This document shows positions 46,173 through 55,714 of a stretch of DNA of 64,000 bases, piece after piece (within the stretch, counting starts at the first letter, position 1; each line of letters starts with the position of its first letter). The translations under genes and the position numbers were made by a program. Source of the stretch: Candidatus Thalassarchaeum sp. (GTDB taxonomy: Archaea; Thermoplasmatota; Poseidoniia; Poseidoniales; Thalassarchaeaceae); contig JAKURL010000006.1 in assembly GCA_022449345.1 (NCBI GenBank), forward strand, positions 29,451 through 93,450, given 5' to 3'. The notes under the pieces are model-generated. The model ran no database searches. It saw nothing but the letters and a program-made list of their open reading frames with translations, and had not been told where the DNA came from.

Positions 46173-46799
46173 ATGGCCGACGAGGAAAACATCCGCTTCT
46201 CCTTCCGATCAAATGAGCATGATGTGGAAGTTGTAATCCAAGGACCTCCTTCTTGGGTCAACCTATACCGTGAGCGAATAGGCCTTGAAGGCGATATTGG
46301 ATACACCCAATCGGTTATCGATTCAAGCTCCGAATCTTCTGAAGGAGCGACAGAATCTAAGGCTACAAGAGAATTACCAGGTCCTCCTCCAGATCCAAGC
46401 CGCTTGCCTTCCATAGTGAGGGTAATCGGTGACCTCGATATCGACGCTGGTATCGCTGAATTAGGAGTCCCAGAACGAAGCGAACCAAACCTAGCAGAAA
46501 TCAGTTTATTTCTGGAAGAATTAGAGGAAAATCCAGAGCCATTGTCAGACAATATCTCCGGTGATCCAATGGCTGAGTCTTGGATTCAACTTGTTATGAC
46601 CTTGGTTGTCCGTGAACACGGCCATACCTCGCTTTCGGTTGGCTCTATTGAGAGCCTATTGGGAGAGCGAATAAACCGCTCTGGAGTAGAGTTACAAATG
46701 TTCCTAGATAGGCTTTGGTTGCTCGGAAAACTAGAGCGTATCCACGGTGGCGCCGAAACTCAATATGCACCTAATCCTAGTTGGCTGGAAGCCAGCTGA
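46173..46799 (+). CDS. Hypothetical acidic protein with a possible C-terminal winged-helix-like segment.
   Basis: The ORF track starts at 46095, overlapping acnA. The internal Met at 46173 (MADEENIRF) is more plausible. No family was recognised. Confidence 0.3.
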   Translation: MADEENIRFSFRSNEHDVEVVIQGPPSWVNLYRERIGLEGDIGYTQSVIDSSSESSEGATESKATRELPGPPPDPSRLPSIVRVIGDLDIDAGIAELGVPERSEPNLAEISLFLEELEENPEPLSDNISGDPMAESWIQLVMTLVVREHGHTSLSVGSIESLLGERINRSGVELQMFLDRLWLLGKLERIHGGAETQYAPNPSWLEAS

Positions 46800-46886
46800 T
46801 TTCGTTGAATTTTTCTCCAACTCCTACGGAGTTGCTGAATACATAACGGGCGAAGGCATAAGAGAGAAGCGAAATTCCGCGAAGTC

Positions 46887-49800
46887 ATGATGCCCCCGTC
46901 AAAGAACGCCCGAAACCAAACCAAAGGGGGTCGAATTGCGATTTTCTTGGTATTGTTGATGCTAAGTTCACCGATGTTATCGCTGGTTCCATCCACCTCA
47001 GCATCGCATATTACACAATATGCAGTCCAAAGAGATCCTGCATTCATTACCATAGGTGATATTGACTGCGATAACGACAATGATATCGTTTCAGCCAGTT
47101 CCATGGGTCACTTCATCACCGCCCTCTACAACGATGGAATGGGAGGCTTCGGAGATCGGCAGGACGTCTTCATCTCCAACAATGACTCACACCGCGCTGG
47201 ATTCAGGGATACAGCGGATGGAACAAGAGTCTACGTCGCTGACGTCAACGGGGACGACGTCAACGATGTTGTGTATTATCAACAGAATATCCGATTCGTT
47301 GGAGGGCCACACGTTCCAGGCAACCTAACCGTTCTTTGGGGGGACTGTAATGAGAGAATCAACAACTGGAATCCCTCAAATCCAATAACGGTCAACAACC
47401 CATATCTGACCGATATGGATGTTGCAGATATCAATGACGATGGAAATGCTGACATCGTCATGAATGTCATCGATGCGACTGCAACTAACAACTACCTGAT
47501 GATCTTCAAAGGGCCTGATCCCGCACAAATTACCAACCAACAAACCATACCTGTACCATTGACTAACGGACAATACTCCAACGTGATGCTAGGTCATTGG
47601 GGAGAGGATGTACTCGGTGGAGGTATTGGTGGTTCTTTGGGTGATTGCGAAGATCTGGACATTTGGCTACTTCGAACACCTCCTTACAACGTAGGAGTAG
47701 GGTACTCGCGAGGGCACTATGACAACATGACTGTACTCGAATACGATTGTACTCTCGGAACATATCCAAATCCACTAGATGCAACAGCCAACGGTGTCCA
47801 CAATTTCAAACTGGATGCAGAGCACAACTACCCTCTATATGGAATCGATATTTCTGACACTAACGATGATGGAGAGATTGACCTAATCGCGGCTGTTGAT
47901 GGAATTACTGGAAATATATCCTATGCAACCCGATCTGGTTCTTCATGGAACACTCAGAATTATGTGATGCTGGGTGATTACCTTGGTGCATCAATAACAA
48001 TCGCCGACGTTAACCGAGATGGGAATATGGACTTCTTCGTTCCAACTGAAGTTACCCTAACTCGTCTGCAAGATTCAACCTCTCAGAACCAAACCTACCT
48101 ACTTGTCGATAACCTAAGAGAGATCAATACTGTCGAAATCATACTTTCTAATCCGACCGGTACCGGGTATCTTTCCTCACTATCCTTCGATGTGGGTCGC
48201 CGTCCAACAATGGCTGTTCCAGGTCAACTGGCTGGCGGAGATAACAGCGCTTACGAAATTGCCATAGGTCAGCGAGACCGATCTTACAGATTCGCAAATA
48301 GCGCTATGTGGCTAGATACTCAAGGATGGGCGGGAGCAGGAGATTTCCTTTCCGTTCTTAGTCTCGATAACGAGGATGTGGGGATTACCGAGGTTACAAT
48401 TGCACCCGCAGCATATGACCCAGCGACTGGAGCTGCTAGAATTGGTGAGGGTACCAGATTCGTCAATTTGACAGTAAAGAACACTGGTCTAAACCCAATT
48501 TCTGGTTCAATTGATGTCGACCTAGAGGTTAAGGAAGTAATTGATGGAATTGACACCCTAGTATATTCCAATGACTTCGAAGGCAACATCGACAATACCA
48601 ATTGTCTTGCTTGCACAATCCAATTGAAGTCCTACACAGGTGAGTACGGGGACGGCGCATCATCTTGGCACGAGGAATGGAATGCATCTACCGATTCTAA
48701 CGGTTCTGCGACCGATGATTGGTACGAGGCTGACACCAACCCAACAACCTACATGTGGGCTGGAATGGACCACAATGGTGAGGATAACCAGTCGGGTTAT
48801 TACAACAATATGGATGAAGCATTCATCATCGAGAATGTCGATTTGACTGGCTCTGATGCTGCATATCTCGATTTGGATCTATTTTGCAGCACTGCTTTCT
48901 TTGAGTTGTATCTCGCTGAGCAATACGCAGTTGTTGAGCGATGGTTGTATGAGGACTCTTGTAGTATCGAGGTTTGGAGTGATGGAAATGGTTGGGAACA
49001 AGTGTTCTTTACCGGAGGTTGGGATAATGAGAGATTCTTCCGACTTTATACCTTAGGTTATGATCCTGAATACAATACTTACAATGGAAACTTCAACCAA
49101 AACACCGTCTTCCCTTGGGTAAGTTTTTCTGGTGATGATGCGATTGATCTAACTCGCTATGCGGGTGAAGTTATCGATATCCGCTTCCGTTTCCGCAGTG
49201 GATTGATGGGAAGTGTTGGACCTGACGGTTCATCTCAGGAAACCGAGCTTGATGGATTTGCGTTCGACAATATTTCGATTCGCAAAACCGACGTTCAGTT
49301 CGGAACCGAGGAAGTTGTTAGCCAGACCCTTACTTTCTCCGATTTTGCCGCTGGTGCAACTGAGGAAGTGTCGCTAACCGCCGACTTCATAGACAACCGT
49401 ACCTACTACATCAAGACGTCTCTAACCAATCCAACCGGATTTGACAATGCAGACGCAACAAATGACGAAGTAAAATTCCAAATTACTGTCAAAAATCTCT
49501 TCGACCCTGGTGTTGCAGAGGAACCTTGGATTAGTCTTGAGAACGGCTTGAGATATGCATCGGGTGACAGAGATATAGAAATCAAAGTTCAGAATTTTGG
49601 AAACACGGTAACTGATTTCCAATTGGAAACGGTAGTCAAGAATGCTCAACCCGACCTAATTGCTATCGAGGATTTCTCTGGATTAGAACCTATTTGGGAA
49701 GACGATGGAAATGAAAATGGTAGCCGCCTAGATGACACTAATGGCGACCACCCAATGCTCCCACAGAGTAGAGGTGTGTTCAACTCCTTTGCATATTGGT

Positions 49801-52800
49801 TGGGAGATCCAGATACCGGATATGGTGATAATTGGGATGAAACACTAACTTTGGATCCATTCCCAGTCGCATCTGGTGGAACCGATTTCACCTACCTCTC
49901 TTTCGATTACTTCGCAGAGGGAGATTTCCTTTCGGATAGCGATGGTAACATCCTAGCAATTCGTGATGCTGCAGGCCTAGAAATTGAGTGGTCAAAGGGA
50001 GGGGAGATATTCCGTGGAACTGTTTGGGGAAGCTGGACAGATCTAAACGAAAACGGAATTAGACCATTCGACGCCTGTGAGGATTTCGATAACAATGGTC
50101 GGTATGATGAGGTCGAATACATGGGAGACCACTCCGATCGCTACGAGTCTGTAGTTTGGTTTGATTCTGAGAGTTTGGTTAAGTCAGTCATCATTGACAT
50201 GACCCACATCACTCTGCTCAACCAAACATCCAATGACACCTTCGATTGGAGGACTGAGTGCACCGATCTTTCAGGTTCTGAGGTAACTTTGACCTGGAGA
50301 TTCCAATCGAACGATGACGGGGTTAACGGTAATGCGGGTCTTGCTGGAATGGGTGTAGACAATATCCGCATCGACGAGTTCACTTTCGAAAATGATGGAA
50401 AGTACATCAACGATGTAACTGGACTTGATGCATCCGAACGCCAGGAGTTAATGGTGGCGACGCATGATTTCCAATCGGGAATTTACCGAATCGATGCCAC
50501 CACGCTATTCAACAACACGATTGAAGGTACATCTTGGTTCAACCAAACTGAGATTACTACTGCAAATAATCACACTCAGATTATCTTCAGTATCGCAAGC
50601 GCGGACATCACATTGATGCAACCTAACGTACTCGATTGTGTATCCGATATCACCTACAAGTGTGTATATACATTTGACTCGGTATCTCAGCATTCATTCT
50701 CCGTACCTCTGCTAAACGGTGTAATCGCCGGAGAGTACGAGGTTTCGATGAAGATTGTAGATATGACGACCGGTCAAACTGTCTATGAACAACCCGCGGA
50801 TAATGGGCCGTTTGACTTAGATCCACACGCCCGTGACTTTGCTAACTGGACCGCTCCATACAACGGCTGGTACGATGGACATGAGTACAATATTAGCTTC
50901 TATGCAATCTTGACCGAGGATGGCGAACCATCCGGTAACGACCGATTCTTCGAGATTGAATTCTTCGACACTGTAGATGTCGTGATTCTATCAAACCCAA
51001 CCGACCAGAATCGCTTGCAGAGAGTAAAGCAGGACCTTGAAGAGATGGGAATGATCTACACTCAATTATTGGTCGATGACTGGGAGCGTTATGCAACAGA
51101 GAATTGGATGGCACATTACGAGAAGATTCTACTCCCATGGCAAACTGATTACAACGTAGAATACGGAGAATACTACGAAACTCTCGCAGCTACTCGAGAA
51201 TCTGATGGCCTTTCGGTCACCGAAGTCCTAGAGGCCTACATGGTCAATGGTGGAACAGTGCAGATCCACCTAGGTCCATATCGCAACGATTACCAGCCAA
51301 ACAGACTACCTTTCGGAATGGATATCGCTATGCGGAATCAATGGAATAACACTGTCACAAACGATGACCTCGTTGTTGTTGATGCATATCATCCATTGCT
51401 TGAGAACGTTGACACAGCAGCATTCGCAGGTGTGCACGGTGGTTCATACGTCGCCCTAGCGGGACTTGACACAGCACAGGTTCAATTTGACCAAATCCCA
51501 CAGGTTTGTGGTGGTCGAATTAGTGACCCAACGGGAACATTCCACACCCTGATGCGCAGTGAGTCATTCGATTCTCAGTCATTGCTTTCGATTTGTAACC
51601 GAGGTGCTGGTGGAATGATTGTCTCGACCTTAGACGTCGAGAATCCAAGCTTCTCTCAACCATTCGGTGGCACATCGATGCCACTTCTATCCAACATGCT
51701 GGGATACCAAGTTTCTCCATATCCAGCAAACTTTGGCATCGCCGGTGATGGCTTTGACTTGACAGTTAATGGCGAGGCACCTTCGATTGACACAGTAACA
51801 GGTGCCTACGCAACCATGTACATCAAGTCAAACTCAGAACTCGACTTCTCCTTCTTGACCTCAGATACATCGCTTGCTGATAGCATCATAGCCGATTGGA
51901 CGCTACAATCGACCGACATGAACGAATCAGTTACAGGATGGGAAGGCGAGATTATCGATTATGGTGAGATTAGCCACATTCGTCAGGATAGCCCGAGCAT
52001 CCCAACTCTTGGAAACTTCTGCGTTGGGGATACAAGTTCCTCGACTGGATGTCGAATAGGTGCAGAGTGGCTTCTAACTCTGTATCTACATGATGAGGAC
52101 GGACACACACGGATCACCTACATCCATCTAGTAAGCTATTTTACATTGGCAGACGAGTTTAGACCGACTGCAGATCTGCAGTTGGTTGAAGATACAGTCA
52201 CTGACGATTACGTTACTCTAGAGGGAAGCAAGACGGTCGGTGGTGTCGACTGGCCGATATATCGTGTACGATTGACGGACAGCGGTGACATCAGTTTGTC
52301 CTTTGATTCCTCGGCCAGTTCTGATGCAGACGCTCCAGAGGGAGAGAGAGGAATTGAGATGTTTGAATATCGTGTATTCTTCGATTACCCAGTAGATTCT
52401 TCCAACCCAACTCTAGAGGGGCACACCTACCAAGTTCCAAACGCGGCTGGTGGAGACTTGTGGAATTACGTATTCCGAAACATGACCAGTGATGGAACAC
52501 TCGAGAATCAGATTAGGCTGGAACTCATTGTCTACGACAGAGCCGGAAAACAATCAGAGAAGGCTAGAATTTACTTCATCGTAGTCGGTGAGGACTTTGG
52601 AGACGACCCACCAGACGTAGAGATAACCTCACCTCGTTCCACAGATTCACAGAGTCAGGATTTGGTAACCATAAATGGAGTAGTTAACTCAGGTGCTGAG
52701 AATGGTGTGGAGATTGAGGTTGCTTTGGATGTCGAAGTGTTAGATTGGACACCATCACCAAAGGCTACCCAGAAGGCACTTGGTAATTACAACTCAACCG

Positions 52801-53294
52801 GCCCAGCCCCACTCGGTGATGGGGATTCATTCACTTTGACCTTGAACATTGCAAATCTTTACTCAGAAACTACTGGAGTTCAAGTCACAGTTTACTGGAG
52901 AGTGGTTGAAGGTGACGGAAGCCGATACACATTGGATAACCAGTTCACAATCGACTTACTTCCTCGACCAAGCGATCCATGTGCACTGAACCCTTCAGCT
53001 GAGGGTTGTGAGTCGGATAGCGGAAATACGCAGTTGATCATGATCGCTGCTATCGGAGTTATCTTGATTCTAGCAATAGTTGGAGTTACCTTAGTTGTAG
53101 TCCGATCAAAGGGTAAGTCAGACGACACAGATGATACAGTACAACAGTTCGGTGGTGTTGAACAGATGGACCCGGTCGAAGCCTACGTCCAACAGATGGT
53201 TGGTCAAGGTTATGACGAGGCTACTGCGAGGGAATATGCCGAGCAGTATTACGCAGCATATTACGCTCAGCAAGACGAAGGTGGCGGCAGTTGA
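46887..53294 (+). CDS. Giant (2135 aa) cell-surface protein with N-terminal FG-GAP/beta-propeller repeats, two jelly-roll (MAM/lectin-like) domains, a C-terminal TM anchor and a Tyr/Gln-rich cytoplasmic tail.
   Basis: Signal peptide. Repeated DxDxDGxxD FG-GAP-like units (DIDCDNDNDIV, ADVNGDDVNDVV, ADINDDGNADIV, ADVNRDGNMDFF). FRFRSG...DNISI and TWRFQSNDDG...DNIRI beta-sandwich signatures. TM helix IMIAAIGVILILAIVGVTLVVV. Tail YAEQYYAAYYAQQ. Confidence 0.7.
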   Translation: MMPPSKNARNQTKGGRIAIFLVLLMLSSPMLSLVPSTSASHITQYAVQRDPAFITIGDIDCDNDNDIVSASSMGHFITALYNDGMGGFGDRQDVFISNNDSHRAGFRDTADGTRVYVADVNGDDVNDVVYYQQNIRFVGGPHVPGNLTVLWGDCNERINNWNPSNPITVNNPYLTDMDVADINDDGNADIVMNVIDATATNNYLMIFKGPDPAQITNQQTIPVPLTNGQYSNVMLGHWGEDVLGGGIGGSLGDCEDLDIWLLRTPPYNVGVGYSRGHYDNMTVLEYDCTLGTYPNPLDATANGVHNFKLDAEHNYPLYGIDISDTNDDGEIDLIAAVDGITGNISYATRSGSSWNTQNYVMLGDYLGASITIADVNRDGNMDFFVPTEVTLTRLQDSTSQNQTYLLVDNLREINTVEIILSNPTGTGYLSSLSFDVGRRPTMAVPGQLAGGDNSAYEIAIGQRDRSYRFANSAMWLDTQGWAGAGDFLSVLSLDNEDVGITEVTIAPAAYDPATGAARIGEGTRFVNLTVKNTGLNPISGSIDVDLEVKEVIDGIDTLVYSNDFEGNIDNTNCLACTIQLKSYTGEYGDGASSWHEEWNASTDSNGSATDDWYEADTNPTTYMWAGMDHNGEDNQSGYYNNMDEAFIIENVDLTGSDAAYLDLDLFCSTAFFELYLAEQYAVVERWLYEDSCSIEVWSDGNGWEQVFFTGGWDNERFFRLYTLGYDPEYNTYNGNFNQNTVFPWVSFSGDDAIDLTRYAGEVIDIRFRFRSGLMGSVGPDGSSQETELDGFAFDNISIRKTDVQFGTEEVVSQTLTFSDFAAGATEEVSLTADFIDNRTYYIKTSLTNPTGFDNADATNDEVKFQITVKNLFDPGVAEEPWISLENGLRYASGDRDIEIKVQNFGNTVTDFQLETVVKNAQPDLIAIEDFSGLEPIWEDDGNENGSRLDDTNGDHPMLPQSRGVFNSFAYWLGDPDTGYGDNWDETLTLDPFPVASGGTDFTYLSFDYFAEGDFLSDSDGNILAIRDAAGLEIEWSKGGEIFRGTVWGSWTDLNENGIRPFDACEDFDNNGRYDEVEYMGDHSDRYESVVWFDSESLVKSVIIDMTHITLLNQTSNDTFDWRTECTDLSGSEVTLTWRFQSNDDGVNGNAGLAGMGVDNIRIDEFTFENDGKYINDVTGLDASERQELMVATHDFQSGIYRIDATTLFNNTIEGTSWFNQTEITTANNHTQIIFSIASADITLMQPNVLDCVSDITYKCVYTFDSVSQHSFSVPLLNGVIAGEYEVSMKIVDMTTGQTVYEQPADNGPFDLDPHARDFANWTAPYNGWYDGHEYNISFYAILTEDGEPSGNDRFFEIEFFDTVDVVILSNPTDQNRLQRVKQDLEEMGMIYTQLLVDDWERYATENWMAHYEKILLPWQTDYNVEYGEYYETLAATRESDGLSVTEVLEAYMVNGGTVQIHLGPYRNDYQPNRLPFGMDIAMRNQWNNTVTNDDLVVVDAYHPLLENVDTAAFAGVHGGSYVALAGLDTAQVQFDQIPQVCGGRISDPTGTFHTLMRSESFDSQSLLSICNRGAGGMIVSTLDVENPSFSQPFGGTSMPLLSNMLGYQVSPYPANFGIAGDGFDLTVNGEAPSIDTVTGAYATMYIKSNSELDFSFLTSDTSLADSIIADWTLQSTDMNESVTGWEGEIIDYGEISHIRQDSPSIPTLGNFCVGDTSSSTGCRIGAEWLLTLYLHDEDGHTRITYIHLVSYFTLADEFRPTADLQLVEDTVTDDYVTLEGSKTVGGVDWPIYRVRLTDSGDISLSFDSSASSDADAPEGERGIEMFEYRVFFDYPVDSSNPTLEGHTYQVPNAAGGDLWNYVFRNMTSDGTLENQIRLELIVYDRAGKQSEKARIYFIVVGEDFGDDPPDVEITSPRSTDSQSQDLVTINGVVNSGAENGVEIEVALDVEVLDWTPSPKATQKALGNYNSTGPAPLGDGDSFTLTLNIANLYSETTGVQVTVYWRVVEGDGSRYTLDNQFTIDLLPRPSDPCALNPSAEGCESDSGNTQLIMIAAIGVILILAIVGVTLVVVRSKGKSDDTDDTVQQFGGVEQMDPVEAYVQQMVGQGYDEATAREYAEQYYAAYYAQQDEGGGS

Positions 53295-53298
53295 GTAG

Positions 53299-53314
53299 AC
53301 CCCCGTGAGGGGGT
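53299..53314 (+). terminator. GC-rich hairpin (ACCCCC-GTGA-GGGGGT) 5 nt after the giant gene's stop codon.
   Basis: Perfect 6-bp stem with a GTGA tetraloop. It is followed by only a short T stretch, so terminator function is uncertain. Confidence 0.3.
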
Positions 53315-53359
53315 TGCTCAAAACGCACCTTGAAGACCCAGCGTTGCCCGTCGTAGACT

Positions 53360-54625
53360 GTGGACGAAGGCGACACATACACTGTGGCTGACCTCTCTTT
53401 AGCAGAGGCTGGTGGGTCTAAGGTAGCTTGGGCTCGAAGTAGGATGCCGGCTCTTGCCGCATTGCGTGCCGAAGCGGAGAAAGACCAACCATTAGCAGGC
53501 CAGAGAATTGCTGGTTGCCTACATGTTACGAAAGAGACTGCGGTATTAATCGAGACAATAGAGGCTGCTGGGGGCAAGGTGTCATGGTCTGGTTGTAATC
53601 CTCTTTCTACTCAGAACGATGTGGCAGCCTGGCTCGCATCTGAGGGATACGATATCCATGCTTGGTATGGTCAAAATACAGAGGAGTTCTATCAATCGAT
53701 TGATCGCACTCTGCAGATTAAACCGACGCTGACTCTCGACGATGGTGCAGACCTAATTTATCGAGTTCACAGTAAATTCCCAGAACTCGCAGAAGGTATC
53801 ATTGGTGGAACTGAGGAAACTACCACTGGTGTACACCGACTAAGAGCCATGGGTGAAGCCGGAGAACTGCTCTATCCGGTAATTGCAGTCAACGACGCAT
53901 CCACCAAATGGGATTTCGATAATGTGCACGGAACTGGTCAATCGACTATTGATGGAATCATCCGAGCAACTAGTGTTTTGCTAGCGGGCAAGTCGTTTGT
54001 TGTTGCTGGATATGGCCACTGTGGGAAGGGGCTGGCAAATCGTGCACGTGGAATGGGTGCGAATGTAATCGTTACAGAAGTCGATCCAATAGCTGCACTG
54101 AAAGCAGTCATGGACGGTTACCGAGTAATGCAGATGGATGACGCAGCAAAGATTGGAGATATTTTCTGTACCGCGACCGGAATGAAAGACGTCATCGTCG
54201 GTCGCCATTTCGACTTGATGAAAGAAGGAGCAATCGTCTGCAATACAGGACACTACGATTGTGAAATCAATATCCCAGACCTTGAAGAAAGGTCTGACAA
54301 TATCTACACGATTAGAGATGATAACGAAGCCTTTCAACTCAAGGATGGACGCACCATCCACCTGCTCGCTCGTGGAAGGTTAGTTAATCTAGCAGCGGCA
54401 GAAGGACATCCCAGTGAAGTAATGGATATGTCATTCGCTAATCAATTCCTAGCACTTTGCGACTTGGCTACAGTTGGTGAAGGATACCAAAATATCGTTT
54501 ACGATATTAGTGCGGAGCAAGATAGAGGATTAGCGGGATTGAAACTTACTGCCGAGGGAATTGAGATTGACACCCTAACCGAAGACCAAATTGCCTATCT
54601 AGAAGATTATTCAGCCGGTACATGA
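53360..54625 (+). CDS. ahcY: Adenosylhomocysteinase.
   Basis: YTVADLSLAEAGG N-terminus and NAD-binding GYGHCGKG; full-length AhcY architecture. It probably uses a GTG start. Confidence 0.95.
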   Translation: MDEGDTYTVADLSLAEAGGSKVAWARSRMPALAALRAEAEKDQPLAGQRIAGCLHVTKETAVLIETIEAAGGKVSWSGCNPLSTQNDVAAWLASEGYDIHAWYGQNTEEFYQSIDRTLQIKPTLTLDDGADLIYRVHSKFPELAEGIIGGTEETTTGVHRLRAMGEAGELLYPVIAVNDASTKWDFDNVHGTGQSTIDGIIRATSVLLAGKSFVVAGYGHCGKGLANRARGMGANVIVTEVDPIAALKAVMDGYRVMQMDDAAKIGDIFCTATGMKDVIVGRHFDLMKEGAIVCNTGHYDCEINIPDLEERSDNIYTIRDDNEAFQLKDGRTIHLLARGRLVNLAAAEGHPSEVMDMSFANQFLALCDLATVGEGYQNIVYDISAEQDRGLAGLKLTAEGIEIDTLTEDQIAYLEDYSAGT

Positions 54626-54638
54626 GCATCTCATTTGG

Positions 54639-55667
54639 TCAATCCTCAGATTCTTCTTTCTCGCCCCACCAGTTCTCTGACTTAGAGAAGTCAGGAATAA
54701 TGGGCTTCCATTTTTGCCCGAGCACTTCTTCTGCTTCTACAATCCTATCATGCCTGTCTCTGAAGGCTTCTGTGCGTTTACCAATCGTATGATTGTAGAG
54801 TTTACTCTCTCGAATGTCCGATGGTACGCAGACCTTTCCTGAAGTACTCTCGACATCGATTGCCCGTTCTAGGTCAAGTGCGTGTCGATTCAGGGATTGT
54901 AGTAAACCAGCACCTACTCGACTTACCCCCATGAATAATCCTAGAATAATCAAGAAAACCAAGATGAATCCGAATTGAGTTCCACCCAGCAATTGCATCG
55001 CTACGGTTCCGATTAGGAAAACTATTGGTGCTACAAAAGTGAATAGGAAGAATGTCTCAGAAAGCGGTTTACGTCCTTTCATCCGACCAATTATTTCCCA
55101 ACGAGGATCCTTGGGATTCTGTGGCCTGAAAACCTCTTCTTTTTCCATTTTTGCCGCCTTGTCAACCATCTGCCTAACCCGATCCATATTCGCAAGTTGC
55201 CTTCTGTCGGGTTTTTCCATCTCGGGGTCGAACATTACTTCCAATAGTTCACTCGCCTCAGCGTACATGCCTAGACGGACCAGAATGGCAATTTGTTCAA
55301 TTAATGGTGTTACATCTGTAGGGTTGACCGCCCTCATTTGCTGCCACCATTCGAGGGCTTCTTCTAGCATACCGAGATGGTCCACGAGGAGGATTCCTCC
55401 CAGTGCCCAAGATTCTGTGTCATCCGGTTCTAGTCTGACGACACTCTGTAGTGCAGCGTAAGCACTTGCTGCTTGGGCGAGAGTGGGCATATCCTGAACG
55501 CCTCTTCGAGCTACTGGCAGAACCATCCTAGCGGTCATTTTCCAAGCCGCCGCATGGTTAGGCTCCATTCGGGTAATTTGGCGGCACAAATTGAGGGCTT
55601 CTTCCCTCTCCCCTGCCTCTTCATGCTCTAGAACTTCATCCCAGAGCATAGCCGCCTTGCTCGCCAT
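54639..55667 (-). CDS. TPR-repeat membrane protein (cytoplasmic TPR region plus two TM helices).
   Basis: Helical TPR-like N-terminal half, and hydrophobic segments FFLFTFVAPIVFLIGTVAMQLL and FGFILVFLIILGLFMGV. Confidence 0.45.
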   Translation of the reverse strand: MASKAAMLWDEVLEHEEAGEREEALNLCRQITRMEPNHAAAWKMTARMVLPVARRGVQDMPTLAQAASAYAALQSVVRLEPDDTESWALGGILLVDHLGMLEEALEWWQQMRAVNPTDVTPLIEQIAILVRLGMYAEASELLEVMFDPEMEKPDRRQLANMDRVRQMVDKAAKMEKEEVFRPQNPKDPRWEIIGRMKGRKPLSETFFLFTFVAPIVFLIGTVAMQLLGGTQFGFILVFLIILGLFMGVSRVGAGLLQSLNRHALDLERAIDVESTSGKVCVPSDIRESKLYNHTIGKRTEAFRDRHDRIVEAEEVLGQKWKPIIPDFSKSENWWGEKEESED

Positions 55668-55714
55668 AGGTCGTGCTCGGGTTTAGACAAGAAGAATGCT
55701 GGGGTGGCCCAAAC

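Noticed and set aside
46887-53294. Numerous 60-130-aa ORFs on the opposite strand inside the giant gene and inside the S8 protease gene.
   Set aside because: They have no start context and no features. They are typical shadow ORFs in long acidic-repeat coding sequence.
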